Origin: Lytechinus pictus
Lineage: Eukaryota
Direction of reading: 5' to 3'
DNA: 64,000 nucleotides
Assembly: GCF_037042905.1 (NCBI RefSeq)
Contig: NC_087252.1
Coordinates: 8,558,001 to 8,622,000 of the forward strand
Shown: piece after piece, positions 1-11,261 of the stretch
Position numbering within the stretch: position 1 is the first letter of the stretch
How the letters are laid out: each line of letters opens with the position of its first letter
The notes under the pieces: model-generated
What the model was told of the DNA's origin: nothing
The model's input: the letters and a program-made list of their open reading frames with translations, nothing else
Database searches by the model: none
Made by a program: the position numbers and the translations under genes

Positions 1-862
1 TGCCATTGTTTGAAATAAACAGACTTTTCATCTTTTTCCATTTGCTATTTTTCCATAAAGGTTTTGCTGACCAATTAATGTTTTCAGATTTCTTAAATAT
101 GAAAAATAGCATGAAAAAAATCTTTCCAAAGTGGATTATTAATCCTTTCTGATATGTTATGAAAATATTCGTCTCCGTAAAAGAGGTGGAAAGGCTGTCC
201 AAAAATAAATGTCATCACAATTTCTTAAAAGAAATCTTCTCAACCATGTCAATTTTAATGCTTTTTTAATGCTATCATTTTCTATCCCCCGTCTTCGTAT
301 GAACCAACTATTTGTTTCCTACTAACTTTTTTTGGTTTTCTATTTCATACGAATTGTTTTTTTTTCATAAGTTGAGCAGATAGACTGGGGATTGATAGAA
401 GATGGGAAATTATGGCAATAAAAGAGATTTAGCCAGTTATTCTTCCCAGAGTAATATTTCTCTTTGACCATGAAATCATACGTCTTTCTAATTTATCAAA
501 AACATTTATCGTAATTGGAAATCCGGCATCTTATCAATATTCACATGAAAATCTGTACCAAGATAACGAAAATGAGTATTAAGTTTAGTTCTTCTTCAAT
601 GTCTTAAACTGTCTTTTTCATGTTACCTCCCAAAATAACTTGCGTCTATTGTGAATTTAGTGTAAGTCCAGTAAATTGAGCGAACTAAGAAATCATGTCC
701 AACGCTTTTTTGAAAAGTCGTATTAGAGCCAGAAATGAATAAAGCCGTATCATCGGCATATTGAAGTATTTTGAATCATCTATTGTTAACGATGATTCCT
801 TCAAACTGGTTTGAATTTCTTATCCATAGTGCGAGAACTTCAACACACATAAGGAAAATGCA
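1..862 (-). mobile_element. Degenerate L1/Tx1-clade LINE ORF2 fragment (reverse transcriptase and downstream region)
   Basis: The minus strand reads FLMCVEVLALWIRN...KILQYADDTALF (YADD at 749-760), then FRYLG, WSKRNIT, SYEDGG and ALKLTWLRRF, with stops and frameshifts. Confidence 0.85.
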
Positions 863-870
863 ATTAGTTC

Positions 871-1740
871 TTACATGTTGTAACGTGATGTGTTAATACG
901 ATCAGCAATAAAGGGTGGAACTCGGTAGTTGAATATTTTTATATCTTTCGCCAGCTTCTTGTAGAGAGATTCTAACTGTGTCGAACTAACTTGAGAATAG
1001 TATTTCACCAAGACTTCCGAGCTACTGCTTTTAGTAGGATTCGATGATTTGGGTATTTCTATATCAACACCTTTCGCAATTTCCTGGAGTCCTTCGCGCA
1101 CATCTTCGTAGAAGGTTTCAAAGTGGCCAATGACATCGTAAGGGACCCGGCATGGATGGCAAAGACGATGAAATTCCCGCCAATGCTCTTCTTGTGGAAG
1201 AGCTAGCGTATGCGATGGATTACCAACGTAATCGACAAAATTGCCGAATGTTATGTTGAGATCTTTATTTCTCGCATTCCCGTTTATTATACGAGACCAA
1301 TATTCATTCCTGAAGGCTCCATTTGAATCCAGCTTATCCCGATATGCTGAGAGAATACGTGAAAACGGTTCGCGAACAAATATCAGTTTACGGTAAGTTT
1401 TTATTTTATCTTTAGCATCTTCCAGACTGAACTTACCCAATGATGGAAAGTGCCTTTCAGCAAGTATATGAACTGTTTCATGGTCTATGTTGGTTGAATT
1501 GATATTACCATTAAGCAAGAGCAGCATTCGTTTCATTGTTGTGCAGCCAGTTTTAGGTACATAACAGTAAAGAGTTTTTAATTTGTCTAACACGAAAATG
1601 TGATTCATTTTCTTTAAGATGTCAGCGGTCAGGCCATCAATGGTGTCTCGACGTTCCTTGGAGTTTAAACGCTCACATGCCTCCAGAAGATTTGAGTGAC
1701 GCTGTTGCTGAACATCTTTGAAAGAGAGAGATTTGGATAT
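871..1740 (-). CDS. Carbohydrate sulfotransferase (CHST8-14/HNK-1 ST-like, Sulfotransfer_2 family), gene A, exon 3 (catalytic domain, terminal exon)
   Basis: Contains the 5'-PSB motif YCYVPKTGCTT, the 3'-PB motif FVREPFSRILSAY, and HW..F..LCHPC...YDVIGHFET, all typical of this family. The frame stays open upstream of the track ATG to the acceptor ttcactccag| at 1741-1742. Phase 0, 870 nt including stop. Confidence 0.93.
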   Translation of the reverse strand: MSKSLSFKDVQQQRHSNLLEACERLNSKERRDTIDGLTADILKKMNHIFVLDKLKTLYCYVPKTGCTTMKRMLLLLNGNINSTNIDHETVHILAERHFPSLGKFSLEDAKDKIKTYRKLIFVREPFSRILSAYRDKLDSNGAFRNEYWSRIINGNARNKDLNITFGNFVDYVGNPSHTLALPQEEHWREFHRLCHPCRVPYDVIGHFETFYEDVREGLQEIAKGVDIEIPKSSNPTKSSSSEVLVKYYSQVSSTQLESLYKKLAKDIKIFNYRVPPFIADRINTSRYNM

Positions 1741-1835
1741 CTGGAGTGAAATACAAATAAGATAGACTTGATTTAAAGACCCTAGCTCAATCTAGAACTG
1801 TAAAATTGAAAGTGGGCATTTCTATAAAATTTTTG

Positions 1836-2087
1836 TACGTCCGACCCCCTATATGTGGGAGCTTCATAATTTTTTTCTGTCTCAGACTTGTTTGTTCTTT
1901 TGACAGTCTGTAGGGTTCTCAAGGTCCATGACTTGGTCAGCTTATGAAGTAACGTAAGAAAATACGTCCGACCCCCTATATGTGGGACCTTCATAATTTT
2001 TTTCTGTCTCAGACTTGTTTGTTCTTTTGACAGTCTGTAGGGTTCTCAAGGTCCATGACTTGGTCTGCTTATGAAGTAACGTAAGAA
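1836..2087. repeat. Near-perfect tandem duplication, ~127 bp x2
   Basis: tacgtccgaccccctatatgtggga...gaagtaacgtaagaa starts at 1836 and again at 1963. Confidence 0.95.
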
Positions 2088-3575
2088 TTGAGAAAAATGA
2101 GGGTTTTACATAAAAAAAGAATGATTATTTAAAAGAATTGCCCACCTAATTAATCGAAAGTCTATATCTACAAAGCAAAAATACAAGTTTCATGCATATT
2201 CAACTTTTTCCAGCTAGTCATTTTGCTAAGGAAAAATCTAATTAATGGGTTTCGATATTAGCCTTCATCGTGCTCGGAATATTAAATTTTCAGGTATGAA
2301 AAATGATAAAATTTGAGCTCGCGTTAGCTTTATTTATTTCTGTTAACGAGACCCAATGGTTCAGATGCATAAAAAAGTAGCAGATGATCAATTGCTAGCG
2401 ACCAAATGCTTTTACTAGTAAGTTCAAACTATGGCTAACTGCCTGCTAGCATTTGCTTGATCATTAGGTGTACTTTCCCCTGGTAAATGCAAACCAAATC
2501 AATTAATTAGAAACAAGATAAAGTAATAGTTTGACATCACGTCTGAGGGTAAGAAGTGTTTTACATAACGTCAATCAATATGCCAACTGAAATTAAAAGT
2601 GACACTAATTAGTCAAAAATCTAGCTATAATCTACAAAGCACAACAATGCAAATTTCATGAATCTTTCACCGTATACTTTGCACTGCCATGTCAGGAAAC
2701 CCTTTGCCCACGAGTTCCGCCTTTGTTCTGCTAGTCATGTTAGCACCGGCGTGACGTTGCCTTAACAGGGGTTAAAGTTTTACGGCTAGGGGTAGGTACT
2801 ATAGCAGCACCCCAAGGGGTGCTAAGGGGTGCAATTATGCTCATTTTTAAGTGTGCAGCTAACTATATGAAGCACCATAACAGGGTACAGAGATGAACCA
2901 TATAGTAAAAATTAAGGTGCACATTTGAACCTTTTTAATTCCAATATGCACCGTCAAATTCGAAAAGTTGCACCTTGTAGGGTGCAAAGTAGCATTTTTT
3001 GGTGCACTTAATGAGAAAAGGTGCATTTTAACACCTTGCATTTCTTGAAGCATTTATTGAGAAAAGGTGCATTTTAACACCCTTGCATTTATTGGTGCAC
3101 TCAATGATAAAAGGTGCATTTATGCACCCTCTCCCACTAAGAGTGCAATATTACACAAAATGAAGAGGTTGTTGCAAATGCTGCATTTTGGGTTGAAACA
3201 AAGTTAGTGTGTAGCTAATGCTTGCTGAAGGCAAGGGAAGGGTTTAAGCACAAGCAAAGGGTAAAACCAATTGCCCAGGCTTGATTTTTTGTTTGGCTGG
3301 CAATTGATTTTGCTCAAAGCAATAATATTGCTTGCAAGCAATTGTTATTTTTTTACGCATCTAACCTTTATTTTTTTTTGTAAAAATAAAGTTAAGATGA
3401 ACTTTAAACTTCAATCTTTAGTTAACTTTTAGTGGCCGATTGGGGAAAATTTGGATGAAAATATTTTTCAGGCCCCATATTGGTGAAAGCTGGATCCGCC
3501 AATGGAAGTAAAGGAAGCGAGCCTAAACGAGAAACGTCCCCTTGTTTATAATTCAGAACCCCCCCCCAAAAAAAA

Positions 3576-3593
3576 AAATAATAATAATAATAA

Positions 3594-3680
<87 letters not shown>

Positions 3681-3681
3681 A
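3576..3681. repeat. (AAT)n/(AAAT)n microsatellite
   Basis: Directly visible. Confidence 0.97.
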
Positions 3682-4199
3682 ACTGGCTAGACTACGTGGC
3701 CTTCCGAAAAATCTCGTCTGCAATATTATGGAATTCAACCAGCTCTGTTTCACAGAGAGCTGCATGATCGGCGACGGTCACTGTAGGTTCTAATGAAGAA
3801 ATGTCGTATTTGCTGCATTTAACATAATGAATGTGCTTAAAATGATTGTAGGGAAGAGAAAGTGGAGTTGACAGTTTCAAAATACCAATGTCGCCTGCCT
3901 TATTTCGTTCTCAGTTTATTTGTAGTATAGTTCAAAGTAAGGTAACTTTGAAAATTTCCACATTTGCTTTTATTGACACAGTCCTAAACTTTACTTTACA
4001 GTATTGCCTCATAATTGCTTGTGTTACCATAATAAACAGTCAAATCAGGATTGTGTAACATAAAGAGATTGCTTAGCATTTACGATTTTCGTACTGTAGC
4101 TATTTATACATAAATTTTCATAGACTTAAAAGATATAGTTACGCTTAATTATACATTTGATCGTAATTTTCAAATTATGATTCACCATTGAATCCTCCA

Positions 4200-4293
4200 A
4201 ATAATAATGATGATAATAGTAGTAATAATAATGAGGATGATGATGATAATACTGATAATAATAATAATGATGATGGTGGTGATAATAATAATA
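4200..4293. repeat. Degenerate (TAA/TGA)n trinucleotide microsatellite
   Basis: Directly visible. Confidence 0.9.
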
Positions 4294-4916
4294 GTTCAGC
4301 GGTTTCGTATGATTTAGAAGCATGGCATTGTTCCTGAATGCATGCAAGTTAGTGTTCTGTATAAAAAGGAAAAATATTCAGAAAAACATGATGCCCATTT
4401 TAAGGCTGTTTCTTTTTTTGGGTAAATAGCACCATTAAACCATCTAATCGCTAACATTCATTCTATTCTTAGATAACCGCCACTAAACAAACCTGAAAAT
4501 GTTGAAGAGAAATTGGGCGTAAATTTATAGCATTATCTTCATTTCGATTTGACATAGAATTTTGCCCAAATGTTAGGTTTTGAGATTAAAGAAAGTCATA
4601 TCGAGATACAATTACAAGCCTGACACTTTCAAAATACACAATAATTTAAACAAAGGACTCCAATATTCTTGTATAGGACACCAAATGTGTTATGAAAGAT
4701 GAAAGTACAAACATTTTAGATGACATTATACAGGTTCTATTCTTTACGAATTGGCCCATGGACAATTATTGAACCTTTTTATTAAGAAAAAGAGGGTATA
4801 TGTTTGTGTTCATGTGTGGGGAGAGAGCGAGAGAGAGAGAGAGAGGGGGAGAGGGGGGAGGGGGAAAGTTAGGCAGAGAGACAGGGAGAGAGAGAGAGAT
4901 GTTAAAATATACTCAC

Positions 4917-5023
4917 ATTTTTAGTTGTATCCTTGGAAACAGTGTATTGAGTCGTACCAGTTGACATTCGGGTCCATTTCTCAATGGAGGTACTTTTAAC
5001 TGTTAAATACCAATTATAATTAT
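4917..5023 (-). CDS. Sulfotransferase gene A, exon 2 (Ser/Thr-rich stem)
   Basis: Acceptor ccttctttcag|, donor |gtgagt. 107 nt, open (DNYNWYLTVKSTSIEKWTRMSTGTTQYTVSKDTTKN). It converts phase 1 of exon 1 to phase 0 of exon 3 (76+107=183 nt). Confidence 0.82.
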
Positions 5024-5129
5024 CTGAAAGAAGGGGAATAAATTCGGAGAATAATCATTCAGCATGCGTTTCATTAATTCCAGGAGAAATTGACCCTTGT
5101 TATCGGAGGCTTGTTAATACGAGTGCTTA

Positions 5130-5202
5130 CACTTCTACGATTACTACTACTTCTATTACTATACTACCACTATTATTACTACTATTACTACTACTACTAC
5201 TG

Positions 5203-5233
<31 letters not shown>

Positions 5234-5565
5234 TACCACCATGACTACTTCTTCTACTTCCACTATTACCACCACCAATACTACTACTACCACTACTACT
5301 ACTACTACTTCTGCTGCTGCTGCTACTACTACTACTACTACAACTACTACTTCTACTTCTACTACTACTAATAATAATAATGAAACTACTACTAGGCCCA
5401 CTACTAATACTTCTCCTATTTCTACCACTACTATTACTAATACTACTACTAGTAGTAGTCGTACTACCATGACTACTACTATGTTGGCAGCTGCCGCTGC
5501 TGTTACTACTACTACTACTACTACTATTACTATTACTGCTACTTCTTCTTGTAATAATAATAATA
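5130..5565. repeat. Compound (CTA)n/(TAA)n microsatellite continuing from a SINE tail
   Basis: About 430 bp of ctactacta variants. Source of the poly-Y/T/S/V pseudo-ORFs. Confidence 0.95.
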
Positions 5566-5859
5566 AACAGTTCTTGTATAGCGCATATCACGATTATGAA
5601 TAATGTCTCTATGCGCTTCCAAAGGACTTTGATATTATTACCCCAGCTGTAGCTTGGCAGCCGTAATTACTAAGATTACAGCGCACACGCATTTCAAGGA
5701 ATAAATTCCTGCCAGGTACCCATTCACCTCACCTGGGTTGAGTGCAGCACAATGTGGATAAATTTCTTGCCGAAGGAAATTACGCCATGGCTGGGATTCG
5801 AACCCACAACCCTCTGTTTCAAAGTCCGGAGACTAATCCACTGGGCCACAACGCTCCAC
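5555..5859 (-). mobile_element. tRNA-derived SINE with CORE-like central domain
   Basis: Minus strand has A box TGGCCCAGTGG, B box GGTTCGAATCC, CORE-like ccttcggcaagaaattt...cccaggtgaggtgaatgggtacc, and a 3' tail gcgctatacaag...(TTA)n. Confidence 0.85.
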
Positions 5860-5999
5860 ATAATAATTGTAATAACAATATCAATAATAATGAATGCAAT
5901 TTATATGCCGCTATATCCATCTCATTAGAGACTGATGCTCAAGGTGCACAAGTGAAGGGGGAGCAAACAAAATAACAATGGAACAGGAAAATAGAAATC

Positions 6000-6160
6000 A
6001 TTGATGATAATGATAATAAAGGTAAGTTTTTAGTTTAATCCTAAACATGCTAAATTTTACGACAGATTGGCTATCACGGACCTGTTTTGGGAAGGAATTC
6101 AATGGCGATGGGCCCCGTGAACAAGAACCCCACACTTTGATTTGCTGAGAGGAGTCCGCG
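6000..6160 (-). mobile_element. L2/CR1-group LINE 3' end remnant
   Basis: GPSPLNSFPKQVRDSQSV..F...LKTYLY resembles the (W)NSLP..IR...S...FK..LKTYLF C-terminus, followed by a (TTA/TCA)n tail. Confidence 0.55.
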
Positions 6161-7540
6161 AGAGCATAAAAGTATAGATGAATTGATTGACATTTGTCGA
6201 AATTAAATATTTCGCAAGTGTAGTATGTAAAATAATAATTCAAAAGATGGTAAAAATTTTACCACCTCTGAAAGCCATCATTGATAGTTAACTTAAAAAA
6301 AGTTTATATCACAATACAATTAAAATAAAGAAAATGATCGTAAGTATTAAAGTATGCATACAACTAAACACAACCATGGCAACAAAAACTTATAATGGTT
6401 CCTGTATACACGGTACACATGGTACATGCAACTGCAAATAGATGGGGGTTCGGGGATCAAATTATAATATCAAACACACTTTATGATAAATCTAGCCGCA
6501 AATCTTTGTCATGTATCTTGAACAAAACATTTATTGACATTAATGTTGAATCGGGGCATTTAAAGCAGGGGAAAAGTGCACAGCAATTGATTTTAACAAG
6601 GACGGAGGGGGGGGGGGGCGAGAGATCGAGAAAGGGCGAAAATAGAAGATTGTATAAAAGAAAGAGTTTGTGCTGAGGAAGGGTATCTAGGCCCTCTTGG
6701 CGCCCCTATTCCTGCACCCACACCCTTCCCCTGAGTTATCATCTAGTATTTACAAAAACATAACTTTGGAGATTAGATTACATATTGTTCTTGATTACAA
6801 ATTGAAAACAAAAACATAGAATGCACATGAAAAAGTAGGTGGGTCTATTTATCAAGTTATTGAGAACTACTTAGGCCTACTAAGATATATCATTATCACT
6901 TTCTAATTGTTCACACACTACAAGCATTTGCTTTTTAGTGGATCCCTCCATTTTTAAGATCTTTATAATGTTATTGATAATATGCATTTATCTGATATTT
7001 TGTTTTAGTTAGGAAAAATATCGTATATTGTTCCTACCTCAATTTATATTGCTTGAATAAGTTTCATTTGCAAATGATATTATAATCATTTACGACCATT
7101 TTATTTGAAATGTTGAAATTAAATAAATCAGTTTGAATTAAAGTAGTATGTAAAATTTTGTTATGTTTTGGCCCTTTGCCTCAAGATACTTCAAGGGTAA
7201 CCTAGCAATTTTGTTTGATGAATGATACATTATATTGTGCTAGATTTGCTAGAGTTTTTATGGTTGAATTAAATAATCTTTTTATTTACTTATGAGTAAA
7301 ACATACATGTAAAACTTATCAAGGGATACACTGAAAGATTTGAAAACCCCGTACAAGATTACATCCCCGATAAAAATATAAATTACAATACAATTGTTTA
7401 AAAAAAACACACACAAAATAGAAGCATTGCATTTATCATGCTCTTCCTTTGAATAATTTTGAATGACTTCACAAAAAAGTACAAACAGGTTATTTCTAAA
7501 TCATGTAAACACAAAGGGTAGGTTGAAAATATATACTTAC

Positions 7541-7616
7541 CTCTGACGACGAATATGATCGAAAGTGATGTTGCAGCAAACATACAGACAACAAATGGTT
7601 TTATAATCCTAGACAT
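7541..7616 (-). CDS. Sulfotransferase gene A, exon 1 (cytoplasmic tail and type II signal anchor)
   Basis: MSRIIKPFVVCMFAATSLSIIFVVR followed by a consensus donor AG|gtaagt. The spliced product is 350 aa. Confidence 0.82.
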
Positions 7617-8548
7617 GATGGAATATTGCAGTGTCGATTTATATTGTGAAAAAATATATATACATATATTGGTTTTATCAGTTCCAGAGAGTTAAATATA
7701 GGTTAGGGGTATCTTTAAAACGAGACCACACCCTATTCCTACTGCAAGTGCTATAGCAAATATAGTGTGTAGGTTATCTAATGGATGGAAGAAAGGGACA
7801 TAGTGGCATCGCTAAGCTCAAATCATATCACCGGATAGTGAAACGGTGTTTCGTTGCCTTGGTAACAATGGAGTAATTACTTAGGGAGAGGGGGCACGTG
7901 CTATCTCCTGATCGATTGGACCAAAAAAAAGGAATGAGAAAAGGAGGGTAAAAAGGTATATATAGTAGCAAAAGGTGAACGGAAATGTAAGAAAAATATC
8001 GTTTTTAAAAATTTTATGAAATAATTTGTTTAGGGGAAATTGTACTTCTCCAAGCGCACGAATTGACTGTGTAATGGATTACATGTACATAATCCCGTTT
8101 AAAGAGGATGAAATGGCGCTTAAACTTTTAAAAGTCAATGTACGACAAATATTTATATACGCTTTCAACTTTCATTATTTTCGTACGAATCTTTTTCATG
8201 ATAACTAAAAATCCTTATGAACAATTCATAAAACAGTCCTTAATTAAATGTCCATTTTCAGTTCTAAATATACTAAACTTTCCAGCTCCTGCTTTGCGCT
8301 GGAAATATTTGATTAGTCAAGTACGTCCCCTGTTCATGATTACAAAAATTGCTTAATAATTTCCTGGTTTTGGCTCTCATTATTATTATTAATATTATTA
8401 GAGATGCATCATCTTCATCAACTTCCTACATGTCAAACAGAAACGCCCATTTTCGGGTCAATATGTAATACAACAAATCAGCTCGCGCTTCGCGCTTGCA
8501 CTGTTTATTTAGCGTGACGCGTGACATATTTACAAAAAAAAAAGATAG

Positions 8549-8790
8549 CAGGCGCGGATCCAGGGAGGGGGGCACAGGGGGAACTGCCCCCCCCCCCCCT
8601 TTGAGAAGAAAAATTAAGATTTTTGATGTAATTGTCATTGAAACCGAGGTGTTCCCCCTCTTTTGAAAATGAATACCTTTGAATTTTTTTTTTTTGGTAC
8701 GAAACATCCTTAATTTGTGGTTGAAAACCTTTTTTTTTTCCTCCGAAAAATTTGCCCCCCCCCCTTTTGGAAATCCTGGATCCGCCCCTG
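8549..8790. mobile_element. Short MITE (CAGG..GGATCC family)
   Basis: Termini caggcgcggatccaggga / tcctggatccgcccctg. Confidence 0.7.
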
Positions 8791-9769
8791 GATAGTACTA
8801 AGATTGTCCTGTTTCCAAGTCTGAATATCAAAGAAAAATTCAGTAACCCTAACCCTGTGCTCGCATTATTTGTTTAGTAAGAACCGTTTACTCTCCATGA
8901 ATCTCTACAAACTGTCCTTAAAACGTCTCTTTATGGGTTAGTGTACTTTACTTTTTAAGGGCACTTTGCGCGTTATATAGTCCGGCAGCCCAGGAGATTT
9001 ATTCAACCGAAAGCCGGACAAGCAAATGACCTCATAGCTGGATGGCATGGACCCTGAATTTTACAAAAATTGCATTGCTGCCAGGTTTTATCCGTGGTCT
9101 TCCCGCCGAAATGACGTAATCTATGACGTCACTACAAAATGGCCCTATTTCACAATTTTTTTGACATTCTACACATAGCATGAAGTCAAGGGAGAATATC
9201 TCAACCAAACCATGCTTGTTTTGTATGAAACTTTCAAGATATATTTTTTAAGTAGTGCAAAAGATACATGCGAAATTTCACGAACATAAATTATTGTTTA
9301 CATATGCAAATTACGTCATGAAATTTGCATATCATTAGTTTAAGAGATTTCTTGCTTCAAAAATTGTCGAAAATCGATTTAGAAATTTATTTTCTTTTTT
9401 AGTGTACTTTCTTTGATATATTTCCTGTCAAGCATAATACCATTCTCTTCATCTATATGTCTACTTTTAGAAAATATATTCAGTAATTGGAAAATACATT
9501 ATAGACTGTGAATTCAGCCCCCTTTTCAATATGGTGCGTAGATAGAAATCGTGCGTTTTTCGGGCCCAATTCATCATATAGCTGAGGTGTGCGAACGATA
9601 TGCCTACTTTATCGATGTTTCCTGCATTTACATGATATAAAATCGTCCAAACAGCATATTTTCATCTTCATTATGTCTCTGCTGATAAATAAATGATTTT
9701 AGCAAAGATTGATTGCCCACTGAGCAGTCTATAGGCTACGTTTTCAGGCTAGTTTTCAACAACGAACCT

Positions 9770-10290
9770 ACATTTTGGAGAGGCAAAAGGTGTTTCCGCT
9801 TTGCAGTAAAGCCACTTCCATTGTTTTGTAACCACACGGAGATGAAAAAGTAGGATCTTCTCTACCAGCTACATATAAAGATGTGCTGGCACACCGAAGC
9901 CTCCCCCCTTCGGGGGCTGCCGAAGTCTCCCCACCTTTTTGCCTATGTTCCCACTTTATTGAAAAAATGCAGTGTTTGAGCCCCCATTCAGGCAAAATGG
10001 CATTTCTGCTATATAGTAAAGCTAGCTTTGATTTTGGAAACCACTTGGAAATGAAAAAATAGGCTTTTTCTATCAGCAGCATTAAAAAAATTGCTGGCAC
10101 CTCGACTTCTACCCTCTTCAGAGGCTCCAAAATTGGCAGATTTTCCCATATATTGGAAGAATACGGAAAAGGGGTGGGTAGCTTCCGCAGTCCCCAGAAG
10201 GGATAGGCTTTGCTGTATCAGCACTTCTTCATATGTAGCAGATAAATGAAATGGTACTCTTTCGTCTCCATATAGTTTCAAAACTGGCGC
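9770..10290. repeat. Member of a ~210-bp subrepeat family, with an internal orientation switch
   Basis: Homologous in reverse orientation to 42405-42800, including the junction where unit orientation flips. Confidence 0.75.
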
Positions 10291-11261
10291 ACTAACACTT
10301 TCCCGCTATTCACGAAAAGAATGGAAATGCGCTATCGCACTTCGCTGAGCCGTCCTTCAAGGTCGCACTCGTTTGATTGGCACTCGCTCTGAATAGACGT
10401 GTGCAGTCGTTTAATATAAAACACCGTAAGTATGCATACATACTTGGAATAGTTATTGGTTGCATCACGAACTGTGGTGTAGTTGACATTTTGTTGTTTT
10501 TCTTGTAAAAATAAAAAATTAACTATGAATCTACATGTAGGCGTTTTTTAGTTGTTTTCACGCAATTTCTAAAATAGCCCACGTTTTTAATAAATGTGTA
10601 TGAAAGGGGATGAAAGGCCCAATCACTGCAAGTGTTCGCGTGCACTGCATCCGGAAAATAACTTTATCTATATTTCCCTCCGTAATCATGATTAAGGATA
10701 AATTACGTGAGCGCGAGCTGAAAATTTTTGATATTTCTATCTGAAAAGGGGGAAATTTAACAGGAAAAAATATCACACCTTTTCAATGATGCTAGCTCGA
10801 AGTGCATGCTATCTGAAACTATTTGATATTCCGACCTAGAACTATTCGTAGGAATTCATGAAAAAGATATGTATCTCATTAATAATTGGCCTAATGAGAA
10901 TGCGATCTTTGAATATATGTTCAGGCATGAAAATGGGACATTTTACATGTTTTAAGCACCTTTTGTAATCCCGAACAGGGTGCGCGTGTTAATGAATATT
11001 TTCAATTATTAATTTGCGCGCGAAACGCGAGTCGAAATTTGTTATAAACTAATATGAAAAGGAGATTTTAAGTAGTTTTTAGAATAAATATATAAAAGTA
11101 TACATAAAATGCAAGCACGCAGAGCTATGAGTTTTGACAATTAGACCTGAAAGGAATTGTTCAAATGGTTGACAGAACCTAGCTGCTACACCAAATAAAT
11201 TGGCCTAGTCGTGTTAGTAAAATTATCAACCCACTGCAAGAGAGAAGTTCATACATGTATA

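Noticed and set aside
5090..5603. Poly-Tyr/Thr/Ser/Val ORFs (mucin-like)
   Set aside because: Trinucleotide microsatellite within an intron.
7398..7540. C-terminal part of the 72-aa ORF
   Set aside because: Read-through past a consensus splice donor into intron 1 of gene A.
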